A stretch of DNA of 64,000 nucleotides from a virus (lineage: Duplodnaviria; Caudoviricetes). Position 1 is the stretch's first letter, and each line of letters starts with the position of its first letter. The position numbers and the translations under genes were made by a program. This document shows positions 45,084-55,687 of this stretch, one piece after another. The notes under the pieces were generated by a model. It did not search any database. It saw only the letters and a list, made by a program, of their open reading frames with translations, and was not told the DNA's origin. The stretch covers positions 6,162 to 70,161 of the IMG/VR virus record IMGVR_UViG_3300021167_000258; one strand, written 5' to 3'.

Positions 45084-46943
45084 TTAGTAAGCTTTTTTAC
45101 CAGATTTTTTCACGGGCTCAGAGGACTTCATATACTCTGCATCCTTTGAAAATATGTTAACTCCCTTTGAATCGGCTATGGCTATTTGATTTCGCATAGT
45201 CTCATTTCCTTTAGTGTTGGCTATGGCTCTTACCATTCTCTCATCCCCTCCGGCCAACACTGAGTAAGATACCCCTGCAGGTATATCCATAGTTTTTACT
45301 TCCGTTAATGTCCCGTCAGGGTTGAGTTCTCTATAAGAGAACGGAACTGGGGAGGAGGATTGTCTACTAGTGGCCGTAGTAGACTCTTTGGCATCCTTTT
45401 CGGAATACCTAGATACCATAGTATTACTCTTACCTTGGGGTGTGAACGTAGCTTCTACTACTCTAGTGTAATTAGAGCCATTATCTCCCTTCCATAAAAC
45501 GTTGGCCTCATCCTTAGCAGAGGTAGAATAGTTTTTACCTAAGCCTCTATTCACTTCTGAGATATTAACTAAACCTGTTCCTTTTGCGGTAATGGTCATA
45601 GGCTCATTTGGAACTACCCATTTACCTAACTCTGAGATATATACCGCATTTGTCTTTCTCATCTTATCGAATGAATCTCCAGGACCTGCCGGCATAATAG
45701 TCAGGGGGGCTGGGGCAAATGCTTGATAGTTTCTGGCTGGTAGCGTTGTGTAGTTACCATAAGGGGTTACTACTGGGATGCTTCCATCTCCCCCACCTAT
45801 AGTCCCATCAGGATTTAATCCAGCTTTAGCCAACTCCATTTCATCGTTCTGTAGTTGATCGGAGTCGCGCTTTATTTCTTGCTTGATGCCAGTTTCTATG
45901 AACTCCTGCATCATGCTCTGTAACTTCTTACCCTCCTCTGTTAAAGAGTATTTTCCGTTGGGTGCCCACGATTCCACTAATGAGGGATCATCTTTGTAGT
46001 TAAACATAGCCGAGTCCAACATCTTAGGCATATACTCTTTAATAATATTATCTGAGTTGGTTGAGGTATAGGTGGCAAATAGTTCTGCCGACATATTCCC
46101 AGCCTCTTTTCGTAACTTGCCTACAACCTGTTTGGAGAATCCTCCGCTAATATCATCCGCAACATCCTTAGCAGCAACATTACGCTTAAACGTATTCACT
46201 AACTGGTAAGCCTTGTCTAAGTCAATTGCCCCATTAGCAGGTAGCACTGTTAGTTGTGCTGCTAATGATCTGGTTTGCTCAGAGTAATATCCACCACTAC
46301 GTTCCTTACCATCTACCTTAGTAGTCATTGGTAACGTTTCCAACACATCTGTAGCCTTGGTTAGAACATCGTCCATACCCTTAGCCAGTGTTTTGTATCG
46401 CTGTATTCTGAACTGGTAATCGAAATCTTTTGTGGACGCAATCCTAGCCCTATCTGCAGCAGTTTCGGGATCTATCTTTGAGAAATGGTTTAGGTATGCA
46501 TCATACCTACTCATAGTCTCAGAATACAAGGATTCGTTCAGCGCCTCTTGCCAGTTCTTGTGGCTCATGTCCACAAACTCCAGCTTAGTTTCCTCCGCTG
46601 CTTTTCTAGCCTTGGCCACCTCCATTGACCTAGCCTGTTGCTTAGCTAAATCAAGTTCCCTATTATACTGAAATTCCCTATCCAATAAGGCCAGTGGGTA
46701 TGCCCCACCCCTCGATACAAAAATAGGATCTCCGCTACTGGAAGTTCCTACATTTACTGGTAACCCATAGTTAGGGTTTATATCTACTGGACTTGGGGTT
46801 TGTATATTTCTTGGGGCGGTTGGTGCTGACATTACCATTTGAGAGGATTTTGTCAACAACTCATCTAACTGCTGTTGGTCAACGCCTCGTCCTAACGAAT
46901 AGTTAGAGCCATTTGGATCATTTACTACGGAATCTGTTGACAT
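45084..46943 (-). CDS. Internal virion/ejection protein
   Basis: 619 aa, position. Confidence 0.6.
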   Translation of the reverse strand: MSTDSVVNDPNGSNYSLGRGVDQQQLDELLTKSSQMVMSAPTAPRNIQTPSPVDINPNYGLPVNVGTSSSGDPIFVSRGGAYPLALLDREFQYNRELDLAKQQARSMEVAKARKAAEETKLEFVDMSHKNWQEALNESLYSETMSRYDAYLNHFSKIDPETAADRARIASTKDFDYQFRIQRYKTLAKGMDDVLTKATDVLETLPMTTKVDGKERSGGYYSEQTRSLAAQLTVLPANGAIDLDKAYQLVNTFKRNVAAKDVADDISGGFSKQVVGKLRKEAGNMSAELFATYTSTNSDNIIKEYMPKMLDSAMFNYKDDPSLVESWAPNGKYSLTEEGKKLQSMMQEFIETGIKQEIKRDSDQLQNDEMELAKAGLNPDGTIGGGDGSIPVVTPYGNYTTLPARNYQAFAPAPLTIMPAGPGDSFDKMRKTNAVYISELGKWVVPNEPMTITAKGTGLVNISEVNRGLGKNYSTSAKDEANVLWKGDNGSNYTRVVEATFTPQGKSNTMVSRYSEKDAKESTTATSRQSSSPVPFSYRELNPDGTLTEVKTMDIPAGVSYSVLAGGDERMVRAIANTKGNETMRNQIAIADSKGVNIFSKDAEYMKSSEPVKKSGKKAY

Positions 46944-47701
46944 TACCTACGGGGTATTAGTTGATTCTCTGTAAGGGGTGTAGGAGTGCTAAGTAAATTT
47001 GAGAATGTTGGATTAGGGGGCGTGGTATTTATGGTAGGCGTGGTAGCAGCTACTGGTGTGGCTGACTTTGATGCCAGTAACTTTTGAATAAAAGGAACAG
47101 TCCCCTCAGCCCCACCTGATACCATACTCATAACCGCTGGACTACCTATGGTGCTCATAAGTTGGGAGTTAGATTCTGTGGTAGCTACCGCAGTTTGCGC
47201 CTGTGCCTGTGATCTTAAACTATTTTGAATACCCAACTTACGCTGAGACATTTGGGTTATGTAGTTGGCAATTAAGTTGGAGTATCCTAACTCCTGCGCG
47301 GTCATTCCAGTATACAAAGAATTTACATTTGCTCCTGCTGCTCTGGTAACTCCTTCTGCCCCGGCCAATGCTGACCCTACATCCCCTCCGGTAACATCAG
47401 TTATAGTGTCAAGAGATTGGGCTTTTGTTTTGTTTATGAGATCAGAAGCAAACGTAAACTCTGGGGTTACTCCAGAACGTATGGCATCCCTAGTTCTTTC
47501 CAACTCGGACTTGAACTTTACCATCTCTACGTCTACCAGCGGAACTTCTGGAATATTCGCTTTTTTAGGAGCAGTTAGAAATCCTGATACGGCCCCAACT
47601 ACTCCCCCTGCTGCAGCGCCCCAAGGACCTGCTGCTGATCCAGCGGCTGCTCCCGATGCGGCTCCCGATGCTCCTGAAATCCATTGCTCCCTAGTAGCCA
47701 T
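46943..47701 (-). CDS. Ejection/pilot protein
   Basis: N-terminal GASGAASGAAAGSAAGPWGAAAGGVVGAVSGF Gly/Ala segment. Confidence 0.65.
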   Translation of the reverse strand: MATREQWISGASGAASGAAAGSAAGPWGAAAGGVVGAVSGFLTAPKKANIPEVPLVDVEMVKFKSELERTRDAIRSGVTPEFTFASDLINKTKAQSLDTITDVTGGDVGSALAGAEGVTRAAGANVNSLYTGMTAQELGYSNLIANYITQMSQRKLGIQNSLRSQAQAQTAVATTESNSQLMSTIGSPAVMSMVSGGAEGTVPFIQKLLASKSATPVAATTPTINTTPPNPTFSNLLSTPTPLTENQLIPRR

Positions 47702-47703
47702 GA

Positions 47704-47994
47704 CTATACTTCTTTAATAGCGCGTGCTTTAAACGTGCGGGTTATGGACGATGATAACTTGCACTTCATAGTGGTGTGCTCTGGAATAAAGATATTCGTG
47801 TAAAGGTTAGACCTTCTAGCCGTAACGGTACAAGGGAAAATTCTAAACAAATCCTTTATCACCACTGCTTCACCTTTGCAAGCATGCTCCTGTATGGTTT
47901 CAATAAAAGTATCAATAACTACGCTGACCTCCTCTGGGCCAAGCTTAGTTTTCTTTGAAACTTCCCTAACCAAAATATTCTTTGAAATAGCCAT
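47704..47994 (-). CDS. HU/IHF-like DNA-binding protein
   Basis: ISKNILVREVSKKT...VIDTFIETI...GEAVVIKDLFRI...ARR...IPEHTTMKCKLS. Confidence 0.8.
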   Translation of the reverse strand: MAISKNILVREVSKKTKLGPEEVSVVIDTFIETIQEHACKGEAVVIKDLFRIFPCTVTARRSNLYTNIFIPEHTTMKCKLSSSITRTFKARAIKEV

Positions 47995-47999
47995 AATAC

Positions 48000-48015
48000 A
48001 GTTTTTACAAAAATA
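48000..48015 (-). promoter_or_regulatory. Late promoter-like element
   Basis: TATTTTTGTAAAAACT with ATTG 20 nt upstream. Confidence 0.5.
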
Positions 48016-51000
48016 CTATTTTATCTTCGCATAACCAATTGTTAGCATAGTAATTTTAAACTTTTCTATTAGTGTCTTTAGCACTTTAGCCTCTAAGTAG
48101 TTACCTTGAACTCGGTATCTATTACCTCCTAACTTTCTAGGGATGTATTGCTCCCATGATTTTCCATAAAGATTAAGGTCTGCATTATACACAACAGCCG
48201 TATCCGTATCCCCTTCCTCAGAAGCAAACCTAAGTTCAGTAGGATCTCCACCGCTTATTCTAAACCACGCAAACTCCTTATCCACATCCCCCTCAGGGTT
48301 GGCTATAAAAGTAGCCTCGGTTTGAATAGCACTACCGTTTAAGGTTACCCCATTCTCCATAGAGAAGGATAGCCCTTGCCTAAATCCATGGCTTGTTTGG
48401 GTCTTATCCTTAGCCCCTACCATGTGGTCGAACACATAGTCTCGTAGTCCCTGTGAAGTTTTTGCCCACAGGCTATAGGATAACACCACCTTGGTAGAAC
48501 CATTATCCCCAGCCATTACCACCTCATCAAAATCAGAGGAGTAGTAAGCAAACATACCCCGCATAGGAGATGTATATTTATTCATTATAGTGGTAAGAAT
48601 ATTCATTCCCCCAAAGGATATATCCTCGGCAGCACCTACTCCGGATACCAATCTCAACCTACCTGTCTTGTCTAAGAATACAAATCCCATTGGGGTTTCA
48701 CAAGCTAACTCTCTATGCACTGGTAGCATTCCTACACCTTTAACCCACATCTCCTGTTGTATAAATCCTATATCAGACTTTATTAAAGCCAGTTGACTTG
48801 TATCCAAGTTCTGTAGCATTATTGCCCCTGATACTAGAAAACATATTCCCTCCTCAGCGACCACTACTACAACGTTACCACCTGGGCTGCTTATGGACCC
48901 TATCCTAGCCCCTGCACCATATCCCCCTTTTAGGTCATATACTGAACTAGCCAAGAATGTCCTTAGGTTAGGGCTGTCCTGAACGCTAGGGTTACGCTTA
49001 CTGGAATAAATAACTCTATTTGGGAAATCAGTTACCCTAGTAAATCCTACAGTGGGAAGGGATGTAATGCTTGGTTGCTTTACTTTAGCGTAATCCAAAT
49101 TATGGCTATGCACAAAATGGAAGCCTCCCCTGTCCCAGTTTAACGGCTCATCTCCATAATCGAGGTAGTATGAGTAGGACATGCCATTATTAGTTAAAAA
49201 TTCCTCCGGTTTTGCTACATCATATTTACCTACAGCATACCTTAATCTAGGAACGTAGTTCCTGTTTGGGAAGCTGTTGCTATATATTAATGGCACATTT
49301 ACCCTAGTCACCGAAGGGTAAACCATAATCCACTGAAATATTCTATTTAAGGTATACCTAAAACAGCTCAATCCTAGAGTCGCATCATCCTTATCAAATA
49401 TCTGCTTAGTAACCATAGAAAATACGTTATTTTCTATATTGGTCCACCTATCTTTGGCCGATTGCCCGAAGTATGAAGAGTAAGGAAATGAGGTATTGAA
49501 TCTCATACATACCCTCCTTAGTTGGTTACTGCCTGTAGCATCAGCAGACGTATACCCAGCGCTAGCATCCTTCCAATATTTACCGTCAATGGCAGCAAAG
49601 CTAGCTGTGCCTACATACCCCTCTCCCCCAAATACCCGCAAAGGCAAACGGGAATCATACCTAACCTCTACTGCATCCCCTACATTTGGTATAGTGAATG
49701 GCCTATACTTTACATCTGTGTCTGCTATAAATTTTATACTATTCCCGGAAGAAAAGTATAATCCCCATACCACCTTATACCCATCAAACGCCCCTGTCTC
49801 TGCTAGGAACATGGTATTAAGAATAGTGGATATATCCAATAAGGACATCTTAGTAGCATCTTTCCACGCCTTACCGTTAATATAAATATACCTACCCGGT
49901 ATAGTAGTATCCAAGTAAGAAATAGTGCCTATAATACAATCCTCTGCTCTTTCATCCACTAAAGGTATTGTTTGATCTTCGCCGGTCCCGTAACCAATTA
50001 TGGAGGATAACTTTTGGAAATGCCCGAAATCTCTATACTGGCGTATATTATTTCCGGCTGTTCCTACCCCTTCTAGCAGTAAGTTAGCTAAGTAAAAAGG
50101 CTCGTGAAAATTCTTAGTTGCTGTAGCCTCTGTATTTAAGACTCCAGGATTGGCGGTTGTTTTATATACTGGATTATCCAACGTGATCTCTACTACTACA
50201 CCTCTACCATGCATAGATGAATCTAGCCCAAACGTAGATGGGTAAGGATTCAACGTGGCATCTACTACTTTAAACTTCATCGCCTCCTTAGAAGAGGATA
50301 CATCCTTAGTTTGGTAATCAGTATTTCTATACTTGGAGAAGCCAATATACCCACTGTGTCCTACATTACCTGTGGTAAAGGTAGGATTTATGGTGCCATC
50401 CTCTTTGTTAATGTTGGTATAGGTAGCCATTTGAACAAACCCTTTACCGGCATCCACACCACCGTCACCAGACTCTGCTGCCTGATTGTTGGCAGAATAC
50501 ACCTCAGAAGCAAATCCTAAGCTACTTACTAATTGTAGGGAGTATCTAGTAGGGTTGTTTACTATGTCTGCCAAAACTCCTGATATTCCTGCAGCCGGAT
50601 CTACATCAGGGGAGTAAAACCACACCTTATTAGCGTATTTAGACGGAACCCCATTAATTAAATCTGATGGGGGCTGAAAGGCATACATCACCATCCCCTG
50701 TGCTACTACCCTCATATAGTCCTTAGTCTTAACTATAGAGAACGCTTTTACCCATGGGGGTAAGGATGAAGTGTCTATGCTTGGTATAGCCATACCTAAG
50801 CTGTGCTGAGTCTGGCTGAATAGTTTAGGATTATACTCTGCCCTATCTGCTGGAAGAGTCAATAGTAAAGTAGCATCAGTAGGAGCTACCCACCCATTTA
50901 TACGATTACTTAACCCATCTAACTTGTTAGCCTTCTTTGTAGGAGTTAATGGGTTATATGGAACTTCCTCTGCACAGTAACTAATCATATTAGATTGAGG

Positions 51001-52425
51001 GGTAGTTCCTTTAGCCAATCCATCGTTGGCAAACATTTCAAACGTATCATCAAGAGTAGCACTACCATCACCGGACATTACTGTAGCGTTGTAGGTATTT
51101 ACAGCTGATGAGAAATCTTTACTCCCTGGGTAAGAAGTCATAGATTCCCTGTTGTTGGGATTTCTATACGTGGCTTCAAGTAAAAATGGTTCTGTTTTAT
51201 TCCCAGCCCCATCATAAAATACTATGGCAACCCCACTCTCCTCTCCGGGAATCTCCGACTTATAGTAAGCTTGGTTAAAGATGGACTTATGCCCTATCCT
51301 ACCCAATGATTGTAAGCATGGGATTATTTTCTTACCTCCCACAGTGCCAATTGTGAAGGATAGGCTTAGGTCGGTTGTCTTGTATTTTATTCCATAGTAT
51401 AAAAGTCTACCCTCATAAAATAAAGTTTGGCTTGCACCAGAAATACTTGCTTGTCTGTCCGATATTTGAACTGCATCAGTCAACCAAATTTGATTGGAGG
51501 TGTCTACAAAAGATACTGTAGTTAGGTTGTCTAGGTTAACCGCTACCCCGTTGGCATCAAAAGCTACTTTAACATATTCAAGTTGTGGTTGGTAATCTCT
51601 AGGGGTTCCAGTAAAATTACCTAACCTAACCACCTCCATATAAGAGAACCCTACCGCATTGGCCCGTATTCTTAGTCTTACCCCGTAGCTACTAACATCT
51701 CCGGGGGCTCCTCCAATAGTTTTAAATCCCTTCCTTACCCCACCATTCCCGTCGGAACTATACGCCCCTGCACTTATCTCATCCCACTGCATAGGCACAT
51801 TTATGTATGGGGTAAATGGTCCAGTGACAGTTTTATTTCCGTCGGCATCTACGAACCTAACTGCGTAGGCATAGGACCCTACTTTTAATCCTGCTCCCCC
51901 ACTATCCACCAACCCCTCAAACATTGGTATGGTTACAGACTGTTCAGTAACAGGTCCGAAAGAATCGGCATTATACCCAGAAAAATACTTATCCGTTGCA
52001 ACGTTATCCAGCATATCCTGCACATCCAACAACTGTGGAAGGTTGTCTATGTGGCAAAAGCTAAGAAAAATCTTAGTGTCCTTATACAGATCCACGGATA
52101 ACTTATTTCCAGATATGGGAATATTAGCTGAGCTAGCCACGGCTGTCCCGTTTACTGTGATAGTTTTTAGGGTAGGGGATGCATACCATAAGGCTATAAC
52201 ATACCCAAACTTATAGATAGCCCCCACACAAATATACCCTGAGTTGGATAATGAATGCGTTTGCTGCTCTCCCATAATAGACACCAAATCCCCCTTATAC
52301 AAGGGGTCGTAGCGCATATTTTTTAGCCCTCTTACCATGCCCGGCTGCATAGCCATTGGGGTAATGTCCACATTTTGGGATATAGGCTGTAGGCTGACCT
52401 GCTGAGTATGCTTAGTATTTCTCAT
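48016..52425 (-). CDS. Tail muzzle/nozzle (stabilisation) protein
   Basis: 1469 aa, beta-rich; RGLKNMR N-terminus, GNYLEAKV C-terminus; crAss-like position. Confidence 0.7.
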   Translation of the reverse strand: MRNTKHTQQVSLQPISQNVDITPMAMQPGMVRGLKNMRYDPLYKGDLVSIMGEQQTHSLSNSGYICVGAIYKFGYVIALWYASPTLKTITVNGTAVASSANIPISGNKLSVDLYKDTKIFLSFCHIDNLPQLLDVQDMLDNVATDKYFSGYNADSFGPVTEQSVTIPMFEGLVDSGGAGLKVGSYAYAVRFVDADGNKTVTGPFTPYINVPMQWDEISAGAYSSDGNGGVRKGFKTIGGAPGDVSSYGVRLRIRANAVGFSYMEVVRLGNFTGTPRDYQPQLEYVKVAFDANGVAVNLDNLTTVSFVDTSNQIWLTDAVQISDRQASISGASQTLFYEGRLLYYGIKYKTTDLSLSFTIGTVGGKKIIPCLQSLGRIGHKSIFNQAYYKSEIPGEESGVAIVFYDGAGNKTEPFLLEATYRNPNNRESMTSYPGSKDFSSAVNTYNATVMSGDGSATLDDTFEMFANDGLAKGTTPQSNMISYCAEEVPYNPLTPTKKANKLDGLSNRINGWVAPTDATLLLTLPADRAEYNPKLFSQTQHSLGMAIPSIDTSSLPPWVKAFSIVKTKDYMRVVAQGMVMYAFQPPSDLINGVPSKYANKVWFYSPDVDPAAGISGVLADIVNNPTRYSLQLVSSLGFASEVYSANNQAAESGDGGVDAGKGFVQMATYTNINKEDGTINPTFTTGNVGHSGYIGFSKYRNTDYQTKDVSSSKEAMKFKVVDATLNPYPSTFGLDSSMHGRGVVVEITLDNPVYKTTANPGVLNTEATATKNFHEPFYLANLLLEGVGTAGNNIRQYRDFGHFQKLSSIIGYGTGEDQTIPLVDERAEDCIIGTISYLDTTIPGRYIYINGKAWKDATKMSLLDISTILNTMFLAETGAFDGYKVVWGLYFSSGNSIKFIADTDVKYRPFTIPNVGDAVEVRYDSRLPLRVFGGEGYVGTASFAAIDGKYWKDASAGYTSADATGSNQLRRVCMRFNTSFPYSSYFGQSAKDRWTNIENNVFSMVTKQIFDKDDATLGLSCFRYTLNRIFQWIMVYPSVTRVNVPLIYSNSFPNRNYVPRLRYAVGKYDVAKPEEFLTNNGMSYSYYLDYGDEPLNWDRGGFHFVHSHNLDYAKVKQPSITSLPTVGFTRVTDFPNRVIYSSKRNPSVQDSPNLRTFLASSVYDLKGGYGAGARIGSISSPGGNVVVVVAEEGICFLVSGAIMLQNLDTSQLALIKSDIGFIQQEMWVKGVGMLPVHRELACETPMGFVFLDKTGRLRLVSGVGAAEDISFGGMNILTTIMNKYTSPMRGMFAYYSSDFDEVVMAGDNGSTKVVLSYSLWAKTSQGLRDYVFDHMVGAKDKTQTSHGFRQGLSFSMENGVTLNGSAIQTEATFIANPEGDVDKEFAWFRISGGDPTELRFASEEGDTDTAVVYNADLNLYGKSWEQYIPRKLGGNRYRVQGNYLEAKVLKTLIEKFKITMLTIGYAKIK

Positions 52426-52435
52426 AGTAGTAAAG

Positions 52436-52468
52436 AAAAAATGCCCTGTCCCTTAATGGGATAGGGCA
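52436..52468 (-). terminator. Intrinsic terminator after the capsid-associated genes
   Basis: TGCCCTATCCC-ATTAA-GGGACAGGGCA-TTTTTT. Confidence 0.85.
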
Positions 52469-52489
52469 CAATGGTTTATTGTGATAGGT

Positions 52490-52786
52490 TTACAGTCCTA
52501 GGAAAACCTTAGCCGATGCCTCATCTCCCTCAAATACCTTACGCCTAGCCGGTGATACCTTGCTGGTATGCTCATACACTCTAGTAGAGCCTCCAACAAA
52601 CGTAACCGCAGTAGTATCCCTAACAAAGTAAGGGAATGAAAAGTATCCACCATCTGCCATAGGAGAAAACTCCCGATGCAAGTTTATAAAACCAGCATCT
52701 GCTAGCACTACTGTGAATGCTTTTTCCGGAACGGGTGCAGCAGCTGTAGCAGCCTTGGCCTTGTCTGCCTTTTTAAAACCAAACAT
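52490..52786 (-). CDS. Hypothetical protein
   Basis: 98 aa. Confidence 0.65.
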   Translation of the reverse strand: MFGFKKADKAKAATAAAPVPEKAFTVVLADAGFINLHREFSPMADGGYFSFPYFVRDTTAVTFVGGSTRVYEHTSKVSPARRKVFEGDEASAKVFLGL

Positions 52787-53073
52787 TAGGCCATCAATAC
52801 CTTACAAAAGGTAATCACCTCTGCTGCAGTTAGACCCGACGCAAGTCTGTGGACTGGTTTTGGACTCTCCATGGTGCCGTTCTTAACCTTAAAAACGATC
52901 TGGCGCTCATCGTCGAACATAACAGCAACGCTACGCTTGGTAGTGGTGTTGTGCTTAACGTAGTAGTCCTTGGTAACCTTTCCACCCGGGGCATACTGAG
53001 ATGCCTCGTTATTCAGGTTTGTCCACCCCGTATCGGTGTCCATTGCGGTTATAATTTGTGCCTTAGTAGCCAT
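52786..53073 (-). CDS. Hypothetical virion protein
   Basis: 95 aa, coupled. Confidence 0.65.
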   Translation of the reverse strand: MATKAQIITAMDTDTGWTNLNNEASQYAPGGKVTKDYYVKHNTTTKRSVAVMFDDERQIVFKVKNGTMESPKPVHRLASGLTAAEVITFCKVLMA

Positions 53074-53075
53074 AA

Positions 53076-53603
53076 CTATGAATTTTTAGAGTAGACAATA
53101 ATTTGAAACTTATACCCATCGGCAGCGTTAGCCCCAGTGGTTAGGGTAATAGTGGAAGCATCTGCTCTCACACCCTTAGCTGATAAGGCAGTAGTTCCTT
53201 CAAGTTGGTTAACCTCGATGAGATCCGTGGTGCCAATTGGATATACTGCTGTTGCAGTGTCCGTGGTAGCAGCCCCACCTGCCCAGGTATGGGTAATAAC
53301 TTCTTTTAGGGTGTATCCCTTACTGATGGCTGAGGTAGCCTCTACCACGTAGTAGAGAGTAGGGCGTAGGTTTTCCCTAGCACCTTTCTCACGATACCCT
53401 ATTGAACCAGTGAAAACACTACCAGTGTAGTTGCTTCCTGGCTCAGCGTAAGCTATCACCGAGTTGGCAGTAGCAATGTTTGAACTGTTGCTTGCAGGAA
53501 CGTAGGTTTTCATCTCCTTGATCCTGTCAGTATCGAACTCCTTAGTGGTTGCTGTAACCGCTTTACCGTTGATACCTACTACATTTAACGTTATTTTAGA
53601 CAT
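53076..53603 (-). CDS. Putative auxiliary capsid or head fibre protein
   Basis: Thr/Ala-rich, 175 aa. Confidence 0.55.
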   Translation of the reverse strand: MSKITLNVVGINGKAVTATTKEFDTDRIKEMKTYVPASNSSNIATANSVIAYAEPGSNYTGSVFTGSIGYREKGARENLRPTLYYVVEATSAISKGYTLKEVITHTWAGGAATTDTATAVYPIGTTDLIEVNQLEGTTALSAKGVRADASTITLTTGANAADGYKFQIIVYSKNS

Positions 53604-53618
53604 ACTCGAATTTTTAGG

Positions 53619-54284
53619 TTAATAATTTCCCCTATCCCAATGCCTACGCATTAGCTCTTTTTGATCCCGGGTTAGCTCGTTCATAAATCTTTCAGCCATT
53701 GGCCATAGCCCAGCATAGGGCCTATATAACTCGTTACCCAACTCTCTGGCCATTCCTACCAACTGAGGGTTTCTAATACGCATAGACCTACAAAACTGTA
53801 GGGTAGTATATGTCCTCAACACCTCGTGTAAGTAGGATGGGATGGCTTCCTTTCCGGTTAGTTCCGTTATGGTCAACCTAACCTTGGAGAAATTACATGC
53901 GCTGCTTAAAAGCATAACCCCTTCTTGTAGGCTGTAAAAGTGTAGCGATGATGCATCATCTCCCACATGGTGGCTATCAGTATGCTTACCATCATCCACA
54001 AAATCCTTAGGGTATATTTTAGTAGCTGTGGTTGAATTATACTCCTCATCATATCCATACACGGCATGAATATCCATCACCTCCCTAGGTATAGAAATTC
54101 TGCCCTCAACCACGCCCAACTCAATAACGGAGTCTTTCCCCTTTCTAGTTTCATATCCTAGCTTAGATAGGCCATGGCCTAAATGCCAAGAGTAAAATCC
54201 TGGGGTACGCAAGCGCGTAGCCTCATCATCGCAGTCTAGCAGCACGTCGGCTAGGATAGAGTTTATGGTTATGAAATCATTCAT
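53619..54284 (-). CDS. Tail ring/tubular protein
   Basis: 221 aa; adaptor-like helical ends; crAss-like synteny. Confidence 0.6.
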   Translation of the reverse strand: MNDFITINSILADVLLDCDDEATRLRTPGFYSWHLGHGLSKLGYETRKGKDSVIELGVVEGRISIPREVMDIHAVYGYDEEYNSTTATKIYPKDFVDDGKHTDSHHVGDDASSLHFYSLQEGVMLLSSACNFSKVRLTITELTGKEAIPSYLHEVLRTYTTLQFCRSMRIRNPQLVGMARELGNELYRPYAGLWPMAERFMNELTRDQKELMRRHWDRGNY

Positions 54285-54948
54285 TGGTTATAGGGCCTGT
54301 TTGTTTCTGTGTGGGCACATTCTCCACCGCAGCGTTACCATCGTTTCTTAAATTCTCTGGGGTCATTAGCACCATCCTACCCATATTCAAAATTTCTTGT
54401 TTTAGTATGGGAAGTAAATGTGCAGGGAACCTAAACTCTGAATCAAGGTTAACAGATGTTATAGGGTCAAAGGTAGTGAAAATTCCTAACTGAACTTGAG
54501 TTAGGGGGATATTTTCTACTCCTAAGAAGTAAATGCGGTTGTTTAGTAAGTAAGCGTATGGGTTTGTTGCCGATGGTCTCTCTTCGTCCCTGTAGTATAA
54601 TCGTCTAGCTGATTCTATCCTAGTCATGGTGAATGGGATAGAGTGCATAGGATTTCTATTCCCTACGGCAAAGTCTCGGGTATAGGTAACGTAGGATACT
54701 CCCCCATCGTTGGCTAGATCGTAGATTGGTGAGGGCATTACTGAATACTTATCCACACCGTCTTTCACTACATCACAAACAAATGGGGATACATAAATAT
54801 TATCCCTACTCTTTGCTAAATGCTGCGGTTTTAACCTATCTCCTCCAACGTGCATCCAATACACTATCTGTGCCGGAGTGATGTCGGCATCATCAATTAT
54901 CTGCTTTAAAGCAGATTGAATATCGTCTACAATTGGTCGGTAAAGCAT
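54277..54948 (-). CDS. Tail ring/tubular protein
   Basis: 223 aa; FRFPAHLLPILKQEIL adaptor-like end. Confidence 0.6.
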   Translation of the reverse strand: MLYRPIVDDIQSALKQIIDDADITPAQIVYWMHVGGDRLKPQHLAKSRDNIYVSPFVCDVVKDGVDKYSVMPSPIYDLANDGGVSYVTYTRDFAVGNRNPMHSIPFTMTRIESARRLYYRDEERPSATNPYAYLLNNRIYFLGVENIPLTQVQLGIFTTFDPITSVNLDSEFRFPAHLLPILKQEILNMGRMVLMTPENLRNDGNAAVENVPTQKQTGPITNE

Positions 54949-54949
54949 A

Positions 54950-55687
54950 CTAAACCATTAAGCTTATTAATTCCTTTACTTCCTTGTCCGAGATTGCTGC
55001 AGCATTTGTCTGATCCCCCTGCTTGTAGGCTATGTAAAACAATGCCTTATCGGTAATCATGTTGGTCAATACTTGAGGGAATTGAATTGAGTCTGCCTCT
55101 GAGGTGATATGGGTGGGATATGATAGTATTCCCACTCCTACTAGTTCCCCGGCTACGCTTGGGCGTATAGCAATTTCTTTATCTGTGGTGGTGCCGTATC
55201 TGGCAAAATTCAAGAAAGCGTAAGTAACTAGGCTTCCTGTAAGTGTCGTGTTCCCGTGGGAAAATAAATTCAACCTACCCTTGCTCCACTGCTCTTGGGT
55301 AAGCCTTTTAGCGTCGTGTTCGCTATCTGTAAAAAATACATCAGGGATCAACCCCTCATTCATGGCTGCTACCTCTGCAACAGTTTTAGTTGGGGAGGTG
55401 ATGGGCTTTGGGAATATAGAGGTTACGCTCCAAATCTGATCCGATGCTGCGGCTGAAAACTTAAGTGTAGATGCCTGAGTAGCCTTATAGATTCTAACGG
55501 TAAGCAACTCTCTGAGATTTTCCTCAGAGAGTTTCTTTTCCGCAAAAGCCGCGTTAAACAGCCCAGTAACAAAGTCAATGCTACGGTTTATAGCATACTT
55601 ATAATCCTGCTCAAAGGTGTAGTAATCGCTACCCTCTGCGTCCAAGTGAGACTTTAAGTTATTTACTATATCCGCTACTGCTATCAT
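54950..55687 (-). CDS. Tail ring/head-tail adaptor protein (start moved to ATG55687)
   Basis: TAATG coupling; IQFPQVLTNMITDKALFY. Confidence 0.6.
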   Translation of the reverse strand: MIAVADIVNNLKSHLDAEGSDYYTFEQDYKYAINRSIDFVTGLFNAAFAEKKLSEENLRELLTVRIYKATQASTLKFSAAASDQIWSVTSIFPKPITSPTKTVAEVAAMNEGLIPDVFFTDSEHDAKRLTQEQWSKGRLNLFSHGNTTLTGSLVTYAFLNFARYGTTTDKEIAIRPSVAGELVGVGILSYPTHITSEADSIQFPQVLTNMITDKALFYIAYKQGDQTNAAAISDKEVKELISLMV